This document shows positions 1 through 8,864 of a DNA stretch of 64,000 nt, one piece after another. How positions within the stretch are numbered: the first letter of the stretch is position 1; each line of letters opens with the position of its first letter. The DNA lies in contig JAYKHS010000011.1 of assembly GCA_035285865.1 (NCBI GenBank), positions 92,659-156,658 of the forward strand, read 5' to 3'. The stretch is from Candidatus Sericytochromatia bacterium. Its GTDB lineage: Bacteria > Cyanobacteriota > Sericytochromatia > S15B-MN24 > VGJW01. The notes under the pieces are model-generated. The model did not search any database. It saw nothing but the letters and a program-made list of their open reading frames with translations, and was not told where the DNA came from. The translations under genes were made by a program, and so were the position numbers.

Positions 1-1
1 G

Positions 2-2125
2 ATGGGGCTGTCGTTTTCGGAGACCAACGACCTCTGCAAGAAGGTCGGTGACGACCTCGGCGTCACGCTGGACGACGCTAGCCGCGAGGGCACCGAGCTG
101 GCCAGCGTCATGGACCGGGACGAGCGTGTGGCCGAGCTGGTGGGGCTGGCCAAGCGCCTCGAGGGCCTGAGCCGCAACACCAGTGTCCACGCAGCGGGAG
201 TCATCATTGCCGAAGACCCTCTGGAACAGCTCGTGCCACTGACCCGCCTGGACCGGGACAAGGGAGACGAGGGGGGCCTCGTCACGCAGTACGAGCAGAA
301 GTATCTCGAGATGCTGGGTCTGCTCAAGATGGACTTCCTCGGCCTGCGCAACCTGACGATGATCGGTCGGGCTCTCGAACTGGTGAAGCGCAACCACCCG
401 GATCGGGTTCCGGACTTCAGCAACCAGGACTTCACGGATCCGGCCGTCTACGAGCTGCTTCGCCGGGGAGACACCATCGGTGTCTTCCAGGTCGAGTCTG
501 AAGGCATGACCAAGCTGATCCGGCAGTTGCAGCCGACAAACTTCGAGGACATCTCGGCCATTCTCGCGCTCTACCGGCCGGGACCGCTGCAGAGCGGATA
601 CGTCGACGAATACGTGGACCGAAAGCATGGTCGCAAGGCCATCGACTATCCTCATCCGGCGCTTGAGCCCATCCTGAAGGACACCTACGGGACCATGGTC
701 TACCAAGAGCAGATCATGCAGATTGCCCAGGTGCTTGGGAACTACTCGCTGGGCGGCGCGGACATGCTGCGCCGCGCCATGGGCAAGAAGAAGGCCGAAG
801 AAATGGCCAAGCAGCGTGCCACCTTCTTGGACGGCTGCCTAGCCAACCAGGTCGACGAGACCGTCGCCAACGACATCTTCGACAAGATGACGAAGTTCTC
901 GGAGTACTGCTTCAACCGCGCTCACACGGCTGCCTACGCGGTCCTCACGTATCAGACGGCCTACATGAAGGCGCACTTTCCCCGGGAATACATGGCGGCC
1001 CTACTGTCCAGCTACGCAGGCAACACGGACAAGATCATGGTAACGGTGCACAACTGTCGGCAGATGGGCATCCCCGTGCTGCCGCCAGACGTTTCCTCGA
1101 GCGACGCGGACTTCTCTGTCGTGCCGGAGGGCATTCGGTTCGGGCTGGCCTCGGTCAAGAACGTCGGACTTCCCGCCGTCGAGGCCATCCAGAGGGCACG
1201 GGCAGAACGCCCCGGAGGCCGCTTCACGGACCTGTTCGATTTCCTCGAGGACCTTGACCTCAAGATCGTGAACCGGCGCTGCCTCGAGTCCCTGATCGAA
1301 GCGGGGGCCTGCGATGGATTCGGGGAACCAAGAGCGCACATGCTCGCGCACCTCGAAACCGTCATGAGCTGGGCACAGGCGCAGGCGCGAGAGGGTCACG
1401 CCAATCAGGCTTCGCTGTTCGGCGATCTGTCCGCGGTCACGGCCCTGCCGCGTCCCATTCTGGAGCGCGTGCCTCCCGGTGATCCTCAAGAGACCCTGCG
1501 GGCGGAAAAAGAATTGGTCGGCCTCTACTTGAGCGCCCACCCACTGGACCATCTGCCATGCCGGCTGGACTGGCATGTGACGGCCACGGTGGCCGATCTC
1601 GCCGCCGTGGCCAGCGAGCGGCCCGTGGTGCTCGGCGGTATTCTGCAGGGCTGTCGGCGAATCATCACCAAGAAGGGCGATGCGATGATGGCCGGCAAGC
1701 TCGAGGACTTCACCGGCACCCTCGATTTCGTCGTCTTCCCCAAGGCCTATGCCCGGATGGAGAGCCTGCTGCAGGAGGATGCCCGCCTGCTCATCAAGGG
1801 TCGCTACTCCGGCAGCGAAGATGAACGGCCACAGGTCGAGGTCGAGGAGGCAACGGAACTCGCTGCGCTTCGCAGCCTGCACCTCACCATTCCGGCGGGC
1901 ACTCCGGGCAACCGGATGGTCGTGCTCAAGGACACCCTGCGCCAGCACAAGGGCAGCGATCCCGTCGTCCTGCACATCGTCGGCACGGACCGTCAGGTCG
2001 TCGCGGGAGATGGCTTCTGGGTCCAGCAATCGGACTCCCTGGATCGAGCCCTTGCCCAGCTGGGAGCCGGCAACGCCCATCCGATCACCCACCGCTGGGT
2101 GGACCCGAGGCCGCTCCTGGCCTGA
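2..2125 (+). CDS. dnaE: DNA polymerase III alpha subunit, C-terminal ~700 aa (5' end outside window)
   Basis: ORF is open to the window edge. Pol III alpha hallmarks are present: LKMDFLGLRNLT, GVFQVESEGM, ALYRPGPL, MVYQEQIMQIA, FNRAHTAAYA. A C-terminal OB-fold-like region follows. Confidence 0.95.
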   Translation: MGLSFSETNDLCKKVGDDLGVTLDDASREGTELASVMDRDERVAELVGLAKRLEGLSRNTSVHAAGVIIAEDPLEQLVPLTRLDRDKGDEGGLVTQYEQKYLEMLGLLKMDFLGLRNLTMIGRALELVKRNHPDRVPDFSNQDFTDPAVYELLRRGDTIGVFQVESEGMTKLIRQLQPTNFEDISAILALYRPGPLQSGYVDEYVDRKHGRKAIDYPHPALEPILKDTYGTMVYQEQIMQIAQVLGNYSLGGADMLRRAMGKKKAEEMAKQRATFLDGCLANQVDETVANDIFDKMTKFSEYCFNRAHTAAYAVLTYQTAYMKAHFPREYMAALLSSYAGNTDKIMVTVHNCRQMGIPVLPPDVSSSDADFSVVPEGIRFGLASVKNVGLPAVEAIQRARAERPGGRFTDLFDFLEDLDLKIVNRRCLESLIEAGACDGFGEPRAHMLAHLETVMSWAQAQAREGHANQASLFGDLSAVTALPRPILERVPPGDPQETLRAEKELVGLYLSAHPLDHLPCRLDWHVTATVADLAAVASERPVVLGGILQGCRRIITKKGDAMMAGKLEDFTGTLDFVVFPKAYARMESLLQEDARLLIKGRYSGSEDERPQVEVEEATELAALRSLHLTIPAGTPGNRMVVLKDTLRQHKGSDPVVLHIVGTDRQVVAGDGFWVQQSDSLDRALAQLGAGNAHPITHRWVDPRPLLA

Positions 2126-2134
2126 AGCCCTCCC

Positions 2135-2668
2135 TCAACGAACCGGCTTGCCAACCTCGTCGTCGAACAGGTCACCCAGGGCCGTCACCAGCGTGCCCGC
2201 AGTAACGGCCACCATCCCGGGCACGAGGCCTACGGCCGGCACGAACGCGACGACCCCGCCACCCACCTGGATGGCATCGCCGGCGACCCGCAGGGCATCA
2301 TCCCACTTGCGCACGTTCGCCGGGCCATCGAAGCCCTTGCGGAAACGCTCGTACAAGGAGTAACCGGCAAATCCGCTCGACAGGGCAGGGGTCAGCTTGC
2401 CCAGAAGAAAACCCGCCGGCTTCCCGGTGGCGACGACCTTGGCCGCCTGTCTGAGGGTAATGCCATTGAACAGAGTGGACAGACCGGCGCCGATGCCGAC
2501 GCCGATGCGGTGGCCGCGCCGAATGACTGCCTGCTCCTCACGCGAGGGGGCGCTGAGGCTGACCCGATCCCGGGACGGTTCGACGGTTCGAGGCGGTTGC
2601 GACGCGTCGGGGACAACCTGCGCGCTTGGCGCGACAGGCACCTTGCGCGCTGCCTGGACTGACGGCAT
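2135..2668 (-). CDS. hypothetical membrane protein with Gly/Ala-rich (glycine-zipper-like) segments
   Basis: ORF 2135..2695. I moved the start to ATG 2666-2668, which has an AGGGGG SD-like motif upstream. Hydrophobic Gly-rich stretches include GVGIGAGLSTLF and GGGVVAFVPAVGLVPGMVAVTAGTLV. No family recognised. Confidence 0.45.
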   Translation of the reverse strand: MPSVQAARKVPVAPSAQVVPDASQPPRTVEPSRDRVSLSAPSREEQAVIRRGHRIGVGIGAGLSTLFNGITLRQAAKVVATGKPAGFLLGKLTPALSSGFAGYSLYERFRKGFDGPANVRKWDDALRVAGDAIQVGGGVVAFVPAVGLVPGMVAVTAGTLVTALGDLFDDEVGKPVR

Positions 2669-2817
2669 GACCACCCCCTCGCCCCCCCAGGGCATGGTGG
2701 TTCATCGTGCAGGCGCAATGGCGAGGTTCTTGTCTCGGGGTTAAGTTTTCTTGATTCTTGATCGACAAGCGTCGGAACCCTCGACGGCCCGCGGGGCCGG
2801 GTGTAACGTAAGGCCGC

Positions 2818-3252
2818 ATGATTCTGATCATCGGCTGCGGTCGGCTCGGGGCGAGTTTCGCCCAGCGCCGGGTGGCACGGGGCGACAAAGTCACGATTCT
2901 GGACTTCGACGCCCAGAACTTCCAGGCGTTGCGTGACCTGCCGGTCCGGACAATGGTCGGCATGGAAATCGACACGGAGGTGCTGAGTCGGGCCGGCATC
3001 GGTCAGGCCACCTGCGTCATCATCGTGTCGCGGGATGAGAACACGAACATCATGATCGCCGACCTGGCCCGCCAGCACTTCCACATCGACCAGATCATCG
3101 TGCGGATCGACAATCCCGAGCTGCGCGCCATTTACGAGGCAGACGGCTTCGAGGTGATCAGCCCGATTCTGGAAGCCACCTTGTCGCTCGAGGCCAAGCT
3201 CGAAGCCATGAAGGGAGGCGGGCGTGCAGATCCTGATCGCGGGGGGCGGTAA
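2818..3252 (+). CDS. RCK/TrkA N-terminal (NAD-binding) domain protein
   Basis: Rossmann start MILIIGCGRLGASFA with an acidic residue after beta2 (TILDFD). Overall TrkA_N-like layout. It overlaps the next RCK gene by 29 nt. Confidence 0.75.
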   Translation: MILIIGCGRLGASFAQRRVARGDKVTILDFDAQNFQALRDLPVRTMVGMEIDTEVLSRAGIGQATCVIIVSRDENTNIMIADLARQHFHIDQIIVRIDNPELRAIYEADGFEVISPILEATLSLEAKLEAMKGGGRADPDRGGR

Positions 3253-3883
3253 GGTCGGCCTCCATCTGATCCGGACCCTGCGCCAACGGGGTCATGTCAT
3301 CGGTCTGGTCGAACGCGATCCCCGTGTCTGCAAGCAGATCGTGGCCGAGTTCAACGAGATCGTCGTTCGCGTCGGCGACGCCACGAATCCGGCCCTGCTC
3401 GCCGAGGCCAACAGGATTCAGGCCGACGTGGTCATCGCTGCGTGCGGCCGGGATCAGGACAACTACGCCATCTGCAAGATGGCACGCAAGCTCTTCGACA
3501 TTCCCAAGTGCGTGGCGCGTGTGAACGACCCGCGCAACGAGACGCTCTTCAAGCTGGCAGGTGTCGACCACACCATCTCCGTCACCACGATGGTCACCAA
3601 CGCCATCGAAACTCAGATTATCCCGGCGGAGCTGACCAATCTCTTCACGTGGCACGAGCGCATGGCCATGGTCGAGATCGAGTTGTCCGAGCACAGTCCG
3701 GTCGTCGGGACCCGGATCCGCAAGCTCGACTTCCCGCCGGGCTCAATTCTTGCCGCCATCTGGCGGAACAACGGCCCGCTCATCCCGGATGGCGAAACGG
3801 AACTTCGGGCGGGTGACGAGATCTTTGCCGTGACGATGAAGGCACAGCAGGACGAACTGCGCCGCATGCTCCTGGGGCACTAG
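3224..3883 (+). CDS. RCK/TrkA-type K+ transport regulatory protein (TrkA_N + TrkA_C)
   Basis: GTG start preceded by GGGAGG. N-terminus is MQILIAGGGKVGLHL (GxGxxG). The C-terminal TrkA_C-like segment reads VEIELSEHSPVVGTRIRKLDFPPGSILAAIWRNNGPLIPDGETELRAGDEIFAV. Confidence 0.8.
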   Translation: MQILIAGGGKVGLHLIRTLRQRGHVIGLVERDPRVCKQIVAEFNEIVVRVGDATNPALLAEANRIQADVVIAACGRDQDNYAICKMARKLFDIPKCVARVNDPRNETLFKLAGVDHTISVTTMVTNAIETQIIPAELTNLFTWHERMAMVEIELSEHSPVVGTRIRKLDFPPGSILAAIWRNNGPLIPDGETELRAGDEIFAVTMKAQQDELRRMLLGH

Positions 3884-3885
3884 AC

Positions 3886-5886
3886 ATGGCTTCGGTCACG
3901 GTAGCCGCCAGATCCGCACATTCGGGCGGTCACCTGAAGTGGTGGTTGGCAGCCGGTCTCGTCGGTGCCGACATCGGCACTTCCGTCTTCTACTCGACGG
4001 GCATTCTCCTGCCCCACGTCGGCTTCGCTGCCCCGCTTTTCATCCTGCTGGTCGTCATCAGCATGTGGCTGTTCAAAGCCACTTACCAGGAGGGCTGCAG
4101 CGTCAATCCGGTCAATGGCGGCGCCTACGCCATGGTCCTCGGCTCGATCGGGAGAAGGGCTGCACTGGGGATCGGTTCGCTCACCCTGCTGTCCTACCTT
4201 GCCACGGCCGTGGTCAGTGCACTTTCCGGGGCCTACTACCTCGGCTCACTTTGGGGCCATCACCCCTCCAAGCTCTTCGTGGTGCTGGTGGCCGCCTTGC
4301 CCGTAATCTTCTTCGGCCTGCTCAATCTGGTGGGCCTGAGGGAATCCACCCGGGTCGTGCTGGTCATCTCGGCCTTTCATTTCCTGATGTTGCTGGCCAT
4401 GGACGCGTGGGGCATCGGCATGCTCGTGACGCAAGGCCTCGACTGGCAGCGTTTCATCGACGGTGCAGCAGGCTTCCCGGGCCTCTCCGACCTGGCGCCG
4501 ATGGGCATCATGCTGGGATTTGCCGGAGCGTTCCTCGGCATCACGGGTTTCGAGTCGGCCGCCCAGATCGTCGAGGAGCTCGAGCGGCCCATCCACGAGG
4601 CCGTACGCAAGGTCTACGTGACCATCGTGGCCCTCGTCAGCATCACCTCGCCCCTATCGGCCTTCCTCGCCCTCGCACTGGTGCCCACGGATCGGGTGGC
4701 CGGTGGCAAGGAGTTCCTGATGTCCGAGTTAGCGCGGGTCCAGGGCGGACAAACCCTGGTCCTGCTGCTGGTCATCAATGCCATGCTGACGCTGTTCGCT
4801 GCGGTCAACACCGCCTATGCAGGGGCAACCGGACTGATGACGACCATGGCACAGCAGGGCAACCTGCCCGACATCGTCGGGCGACGCTGGACGGATCGCC
4901 ACCCGGCACTGAAGGGTTATCCCTATGTGGCCTTGCCGTTCATGGCCATCAGCCTCCTGATGCTGCTGGCCTTCCCCGGCCAGGTGGAGACCTTGGGCGA
5001 CATCTACGGACTGGCCTTCCTGGGCGTGATGATCTCCTACTGCGCCGGCGTGGTGCTCACGCGCCTGAACTACCCCAACAAAATCGCCAAGTCTCCGTAC
5101 CTGAATCGCTGGACTGTCGTCATCGGCGGCCGCACGCTGCCTTTGGCTCCTATCGTCGGCGGGGCCCTGCTGCTGGTGGCCGAGGTCGTCCTGATCGTGA
5201 CGAAGAGCGAGGCAAGAAATCTGGGCAGTCAAATCCTGCTTGGCACCATGCTGATCATGGCCTTGTATCGTCTCGGCAAGGTCGAGGTCCGCATGGTCCA
5301 GCTGCCGGACCTGCGGCTGGGCATGGGGCAGCTGCATCAGGCGAAGGATCTCCCTGCGGATTTGCCACGCATCGCCATCTGCATCTCGGATACCGAACCG
5401 ATGAGGCTGGTCAACCTGCTCACCTACCTGCTGCATCGTCACGCCGAAGACCGAGCGATCGAACTCGTCATGTTCCACGCCCAGACGGCCGACGAGCCCG
5501 CAACCGTCTATGAGGCGCTCGAGCGCTTCATCTCGCAACATCTCGAGGAGTTCGATCTTTTCAACAACTTCGTGTTCGTCCTGACGGCCAAAGTTCTGCC
5601 AGGGAATCTGATCGAGGTGTTGCCCGAGTACCTGAAGAGTCAGCCCGAGGGGTCCTTTGAGGTCGTTTACATCGGCACCGGCAAGGACGCAACTTCCAGC
5701 GAGACGCTTCGTGAACACCTCTCCGGCGAAGTCGCCATCGTCGTCGAACGCATCGACGAGGCCAAGGTCCCGACGGGACCGGGCATCTGGTTCACGCAAT
5801 GGTCCAAGGACCGAGCAAACTGGGGGCGGTTTCGCGGCACGGGTGACCTCGGTGCCCAGGGCTTCGACCCGGACAGGAGTTCCTGA
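3886..5886 (+). CDS. APC-superfamily permease with cytoplasmic C-terminal domain; KUP/KimA-like K+ transporter suspected
   Basis: About 12 hydrophobic segments followed by a roughly 190-aa soluble C-terminus. The TM1 motif GADIGTSVFYSTG resembles the KUP signature GDIGTSPLY rather than the GSGIF-type amino-acid permease motif. It starts 3 nt after the RCK gene stop. Confidence 0.7.
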   Translation: MASVTVAARSAHSGGHLKWWLAAGLVGADIGTSVFYSTGILLPHVGFAAPLFILLVVISMWLFKATYQEGCSVNPVNGGAYAMVLGSIGRRAALGIGSLTLLSYLATAVVSALSGAYYLGSLWGHHPSKLFVVLVAALPVIFFGLLNLVGLRESTRVVLVISAFHFLMLLAMDAWGIGMLVTQGLDWQRFIDGAAGFPGLSDLAPMGIMLGFAGAFLGITGFESAAQIVEELERPIHEAVRKVYVTIVALVSITSPLSAFLALALVPTDRVAGGKEFLMSELARVQGGQTLVLLLVINAMLTLFAAVNTAYAGATGLMTTMAQQGNLPDIVGRRWTDRHPALKGYPYVALPFMAISLLMLLAFPGQVETLGDIYGLAFLGVMISYCAGVVLTRLNYPNKIAKSPYLNRWTVVIGGRTLPLAPIVGGALLLVAEVVLIVTKSEARNLGSQILLGTMLIMALYRLGKVEVRMVQLPDLRLGMGQLHQAKDLPADLPRIAICISDTEPMRLVNLLTYLLHRHAEDRAIELVMFHAQTADEPATVYEALERFISQHLEEFDLFNNFVFVLTAKVLPGNLIEVLPEYLKSQPEGSFEVVYIGTGKDATSSETLREHLSGEVAIVVERIDEAKVPTGPGIWFTQWSKDRANWGRFRGTGDLGAQGFDPDRSS

Positions 5887-5916
5887 CAGCTGTCCGGGTG
5901 CCAGCAAACAGACGAG

Positions 5917-5945
5917 GAAGCCCCCGCAAGACTTGCGGGGGCTTC
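5917..5945. terminator. GC-rich hairpin between convergent genes (candidate bidirectional terminator)
   Basis: GAAGCCCCCGCAAG-A-CTTGCGGGGGCTTC is a perfect palindrome lying between the permease stop (5886) and the His-rich gene stop (5970). A T-containing tract follows on the minus-strand side only. Confidence 0.55.
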
Positions 5946-5969
5946 AAGTGCACGCGGGCGCAACGAGGC

Positions 5970-6467
5970 CTAGTGGTGGCCGCCGTGTCCCTCGTGCTTG
6001 GCGCCGTCGCCGTGATGCTCGGCATGGCCCTCGTGATGATCGTGATGGGTGGCCTTCACGATAGCTTCGAACGCCCCATGAACGTGGTCAAGCGCTGCGA
6101 TCATCTCTTTGTCACCCTTCTTGGAGGCCGCCTCGAGATCCTTCACGGACTTCACCAGATCTCCGCAGGCCTTGACACACTGCTCCTCGGTCATCTTGCA
6201 TGCTGCCACCTCGGCAGCATGCTTCTGGAGGGCCGGGATGGCCGCACGGATGGCCTTGAGGTCCTTCTTCGGCAGGGCGTCATGGAACACGGGGTGAAGC
6301 ACGTCATGGAAGGCCTCGAGTGCCTTGGCCATCGGCTCAGCGTGTCCGGCATCATGTGCCGCGTGGGCAGCATCCTTGGTGGCGTGCTCGTGGCCGTTGG
6401 CCCAGGCAGCGGGACTGGTCACCAGTCCGAGAACCGTCGCAGCGAACAACATGCGGCTGAGCTTCAT
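5970..6467 (-). CDS. secreted histidine-rich (putative metal-binding) protein
   Basis: Start moved to ATG 6465-6467, which has an AGGAGA SD upstream. Signal peptide is MKLSRMLFAATVLGLVTSPAAWA. His-rich N-terminus and tail (HHDHHEGHAEHHGDGAKHEGHGGHH). An internal Cys pair is present (CKMTEEQCVKAC). Confidence 0.7.
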   Translation of the reverse strand: MKLSRMLFAATVLGLVTSPAAWANGHEHATKDAAHAAHDAGHAEPMAKALEAFHDVLHPVFHDALPKKDLKAIRAAIPALQKHAAEVAACKMTEEQCVKACGDLVKSVKDLEAASKKGDKEMIAALDHVHGAFEAIVKATHHDHHEGHAEHHGDGAKHEGHGGHH

Positions 6468-6596
6468 GGATCGTCTCCTGCAGGATGGAAGCGTGTGCGG
6501 GCTCCGCAGCTGTATCGCGACGGACCCGAGGTCATGGTACACCCGTCCGCCGCCGCGTGGCCGTGTTAGGATGACGCCAGTGGAGGTGCCATCCGC

Positions 6597-6848
6597 ATGC
6601 AAGCCCGTCGCTCGTCCTCTCCTTCCGTCGTACCGGACGTCGGTGCAGGCTCAGCCCGTCGCCAGCAACCGGTCGAATACAAGGTTCTCGCAGAGCTGCC
6701 CGAGCCCCTGGAAGCCGGCCTCAATTCGCTTGGTGATGAAGGTTGGCAACTGGTGGCCACGGTACCTGCCTTCATCTTCCGGCGTCCGAAGATCGAAGAT
6801 GGCGACGGCCTGCGGGCTCGGGTCGGTTTCGCAGCCCCAAGGGACTGA
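6597..6848 (+). CDS. small DUF4177-like protein
   Basis: Core YKVLAELPEPLEAGLNSLGDEGWQLVATVPAFIFRR matches the DUF4177 pattern (YKV...LN.LG.EGWELV). The start codon is uncertain. Confidence 0.45.
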   Translation: MQARRSSSPSVVPDVGAGSARRQQPVEYKVLAELPEPLEAGLNSLGDEGWQLVATVPAFIFRRPKIEDGDGLRARVGFAAPRD

Positions 6849-6859
6849 GCCTCCCCGCC

Positions 6860-7462
6860 ATGGCTGAAGGGCCCCGCGAGACTCGGCCTCTGGGTACTTC
6901 CGGTCCGGCCGGCGGCGATGCTTGGGTATCGTCCCGCGGCGGGCGTTCCACCGAGCGTCGTTTGTCGTCGACAGGTGGCGAACGGCTGCGGAATGAGCTG
7001 GTGGCTGCGCTTGAAGAGGCCGTTGACGAGGCCTCGGAGGTCATTGCGCGCTACGACCGCGGCGTCGGGATTCTGGGATCGCTGGAGCTGGAGGGAGCCA
7101 GCGCACGGGAACGCAGCATCGCGCTGCATCAGTTCGAGGAAGCCATTCGCCTCCGTGACGAAGCGCGGTCCCTGTTGACGAGGATGGACAGCCTTTCACC
7201 TGTCGAAGCACTCGATGCCCTTGATCGCTGCCCTCCCGCTCGCCTGCTGGGTGCCCTGCATCCCTTGCACGGTTTCCACGACCACTTCTTCACCATCGCC
7301 GGATGCGCAGGCCTGTTCCCTCCACCTCGACCCGGGGAAGGGGGAGGCATCGGCACGCGACGCCTGCGGGCGGCGCTACAGCCCGCAGGCTCTGCCGAGC
7401 CTGCCGATTCACACCCCCCTCCGGGCATCTGGGCCCGCCTTCGTCGCTGGCTCGGGGGTTGA
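6860..7462 (+). CDS. hypothetical protein (helical N-half); weak call
   Basis: Internal ATG of ORF 6743..7462. It has a coding-like helical segment (ERLRNELVAALEEAVDEASEVIARYDRG...). No SD and no recognised family. Confidence 0.3.
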   Translation: MAEGPRETRPLGTSGPAGGDAWVSSRGGRSTERRLSSTGGERLRNELVAALEEAVDEASEVIARYDRGVGILGSLELEGASARERSIALHQFEEAIRLRDEARSLLTRMDSLSPVEALDALDRCPPARLLGALHPLHGFHDHFFTIAGCAGLFPPPRPGEGGGIGTRRLRAALQPAGSAEPADSHPPPGIWARLRRWLGG

Positions 7463-7488
7463 ATGGGCTGCGACACGATCCGCTGACG

Positions 7489-8535
7489 TCAGGCGATGAC
7501 GATGCGACCGCTTCCGGACACCACTTCCCCAATCGGCCAGCCGATAGCCCCACGATGGGCAAGTGCGGACAAGAACGAACCGGCGGCATCCTTGGGGAGT
7601 GCCACAAGCAAACCTCCGGAGGTCTGGGGATCGGATAGCACGGCAAGCACGCGGTCGGCTTCGGCAACCGCTACCTCGAGACGGTCGCCCAACGCTGCGA
7701 GGTTGCGCCGACCGCCTCCGGTACCGGACCAGCGGTCCATTACCGCCGGGACCAACGTCATGACCGGCACTCCCTCCCAGTCCAGCCGAACGTCACAGGC
7801 CGAATCGGGAAACATCTCGCGCAGGTGCCCCAACAAGCCGTAACCCGTCACGTCGGTCACCGCGTGGACCTGGAGATCTGCAAGGGCCTCGGCAGCCGTC
7901 CTGTTCGCCGTCTTCATCCAACGCAGCGGTTCCTCGAGGTCGGAATCTTCAATCAGATCTCTCATCCTTGCGCCTGTCAGCAGGCCGCTGCCAAGAGGCT
8001 TGGTCAGAATCAGCACGTCGCCGGGCACGGCTCCCACATTGCGCCAGACATGGGCCGGGTCCACCACACCTGTGACGGAGAGTCCGAAACGCGGCACATC
8101 CTCGTCCGTGGTGTGCCCCCCCAGAACGGCGACGCCGTGGGCTGCACAGACTTCCATGCTTCCGGCGAGGATCGCTCCCGCCAAACTGACATCCAAGTCA
8201 TCGAATGGGAATCCCAGCAAGTTCAGGGCCGTCCGCGGCACCCCACCCATGGCCCAGACATCCGACAGCGCGTTGGTCGCCGCGATCCGCCCGAAGTCCC
8301 CCGGGTCATCAACCATCGGCGGAAAAAAGTCGACTGTCTGAACCAAGGCGAGGTCGTCGCGCAGCAGGTAGACCCCGCCGTCGTCTGAGGTGGTGTAATC
8401 CACCAGCACACGCGGATCCCGGGGTACCGAAAGCTGTCCCAGAACCTGGGACAGGGCCGAAGGGCCAGCCTTGGCCGCTCAGCCACCGCTCGTCGCGAGC
8501 CGCGTCAGCCGAATGCGGTCTGCATCGCTAGCCAT
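7489..8535 (-). CDS. selD: selenide, water dikinase (selenophosphate synthetase), selenocysteine-containing (UGA at 8479-8481 read as Sec)
   Basis: The track ORF 7489..8409 carries the SelD/AIR-synthase-like core (VQTVDFFPPMVDDPGDFGRIAATNALSDVWAMGG). The same frame continues upstream through a single TGA to ATG 8533-8535. That gives MASDADRIRLTRLATSGG-U-AAKAGPSALSQVL, colinear with E. coli SelD [21 protein letters not shown]. Confidence 0.85.
8434..8454 (-). promoter_or_regulatory. candidate SECIS hairpin for the selD UGA
   Basis: mRNA reads CUGUCCCAG-GUU-CUGGGACAG, a 9-bp perfect stem. It starts 24 nt 3' of the UGA. The apex CAGGUUCUG has G/U in the loop, as in the fdhF SECIS apex. Confidence 0.45.
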
Positions 8536-8543
8536 GCCGCAGT

Positions 8544-8864
8544 CTAGCACGCACGACCAGCGAGGACGCGATCAAGCGCGGATCGCGCACAGGCCTCGAG
8601 GCCGGCCTCCCGGGCCGCGGCGAAAAGCTCGCCGCGAACGTGCGGACCGTAGGCGAGTACGCGCCACCCGGCATCACGGGCTGCGCAGGCGAGTTCGAGC
8701 GCGTTCGGTTCGAGCAGATCGACGATGAACCAAGAATTCTCCGATGAAGGGAGGCCGGCCGGTACCTCGTGCCAGTGCCTGGCATCCAGCCCCAGGCCAG
8801 CAGCCATGGCCTCGATGCGACCCAACTCGAAGTAGTCCCTACAGAGATGTGCCAACAAGGGCAT
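8544..8864 (-). CDS. hypothetical small protein immediately upstream of selD
   Basis: Start is the internal ATG 8862-8864 of ORF 8544..9071, with a GAGGAGA SD upstream. The stop lies 8 nt before the selD ATG. Sequence looks globular (FIVDLLEPNALELACAARDAGWRVLAYGPHV). No family recognised. Confidence 0.5.
   Translation of the reverse strand: MPLLAHLCRDYFELGRIEAMAAGLGLDARHWHEVPAGLPSSENSWFIVDLLEPNALELACAARDAGWRVLAYGPHVRGELFAAAREAGLEACARSALDRVLAGRAC

Noticed and set aside
2696-2817. c-di-AMP (ydaO/kimA-type) riboswitch upstream of the RCK/K+ transporter genes
   Set aside because: The 120-nt leader shows only short hairpins. I could not identify the pseudo-symmetric conserved core, so there is no support beyond context.
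6566-7476. Minus-strand ORFs 6566..7129 and 7129..7476 between the His-rich gene and selD
   Set aside because: Their translations are Arg/Ser/Pro-rich with no motifs. The plus-strand frames (DUF4177-like and a helical protein) look more protein-like, although they are themselves low-confidence calls.
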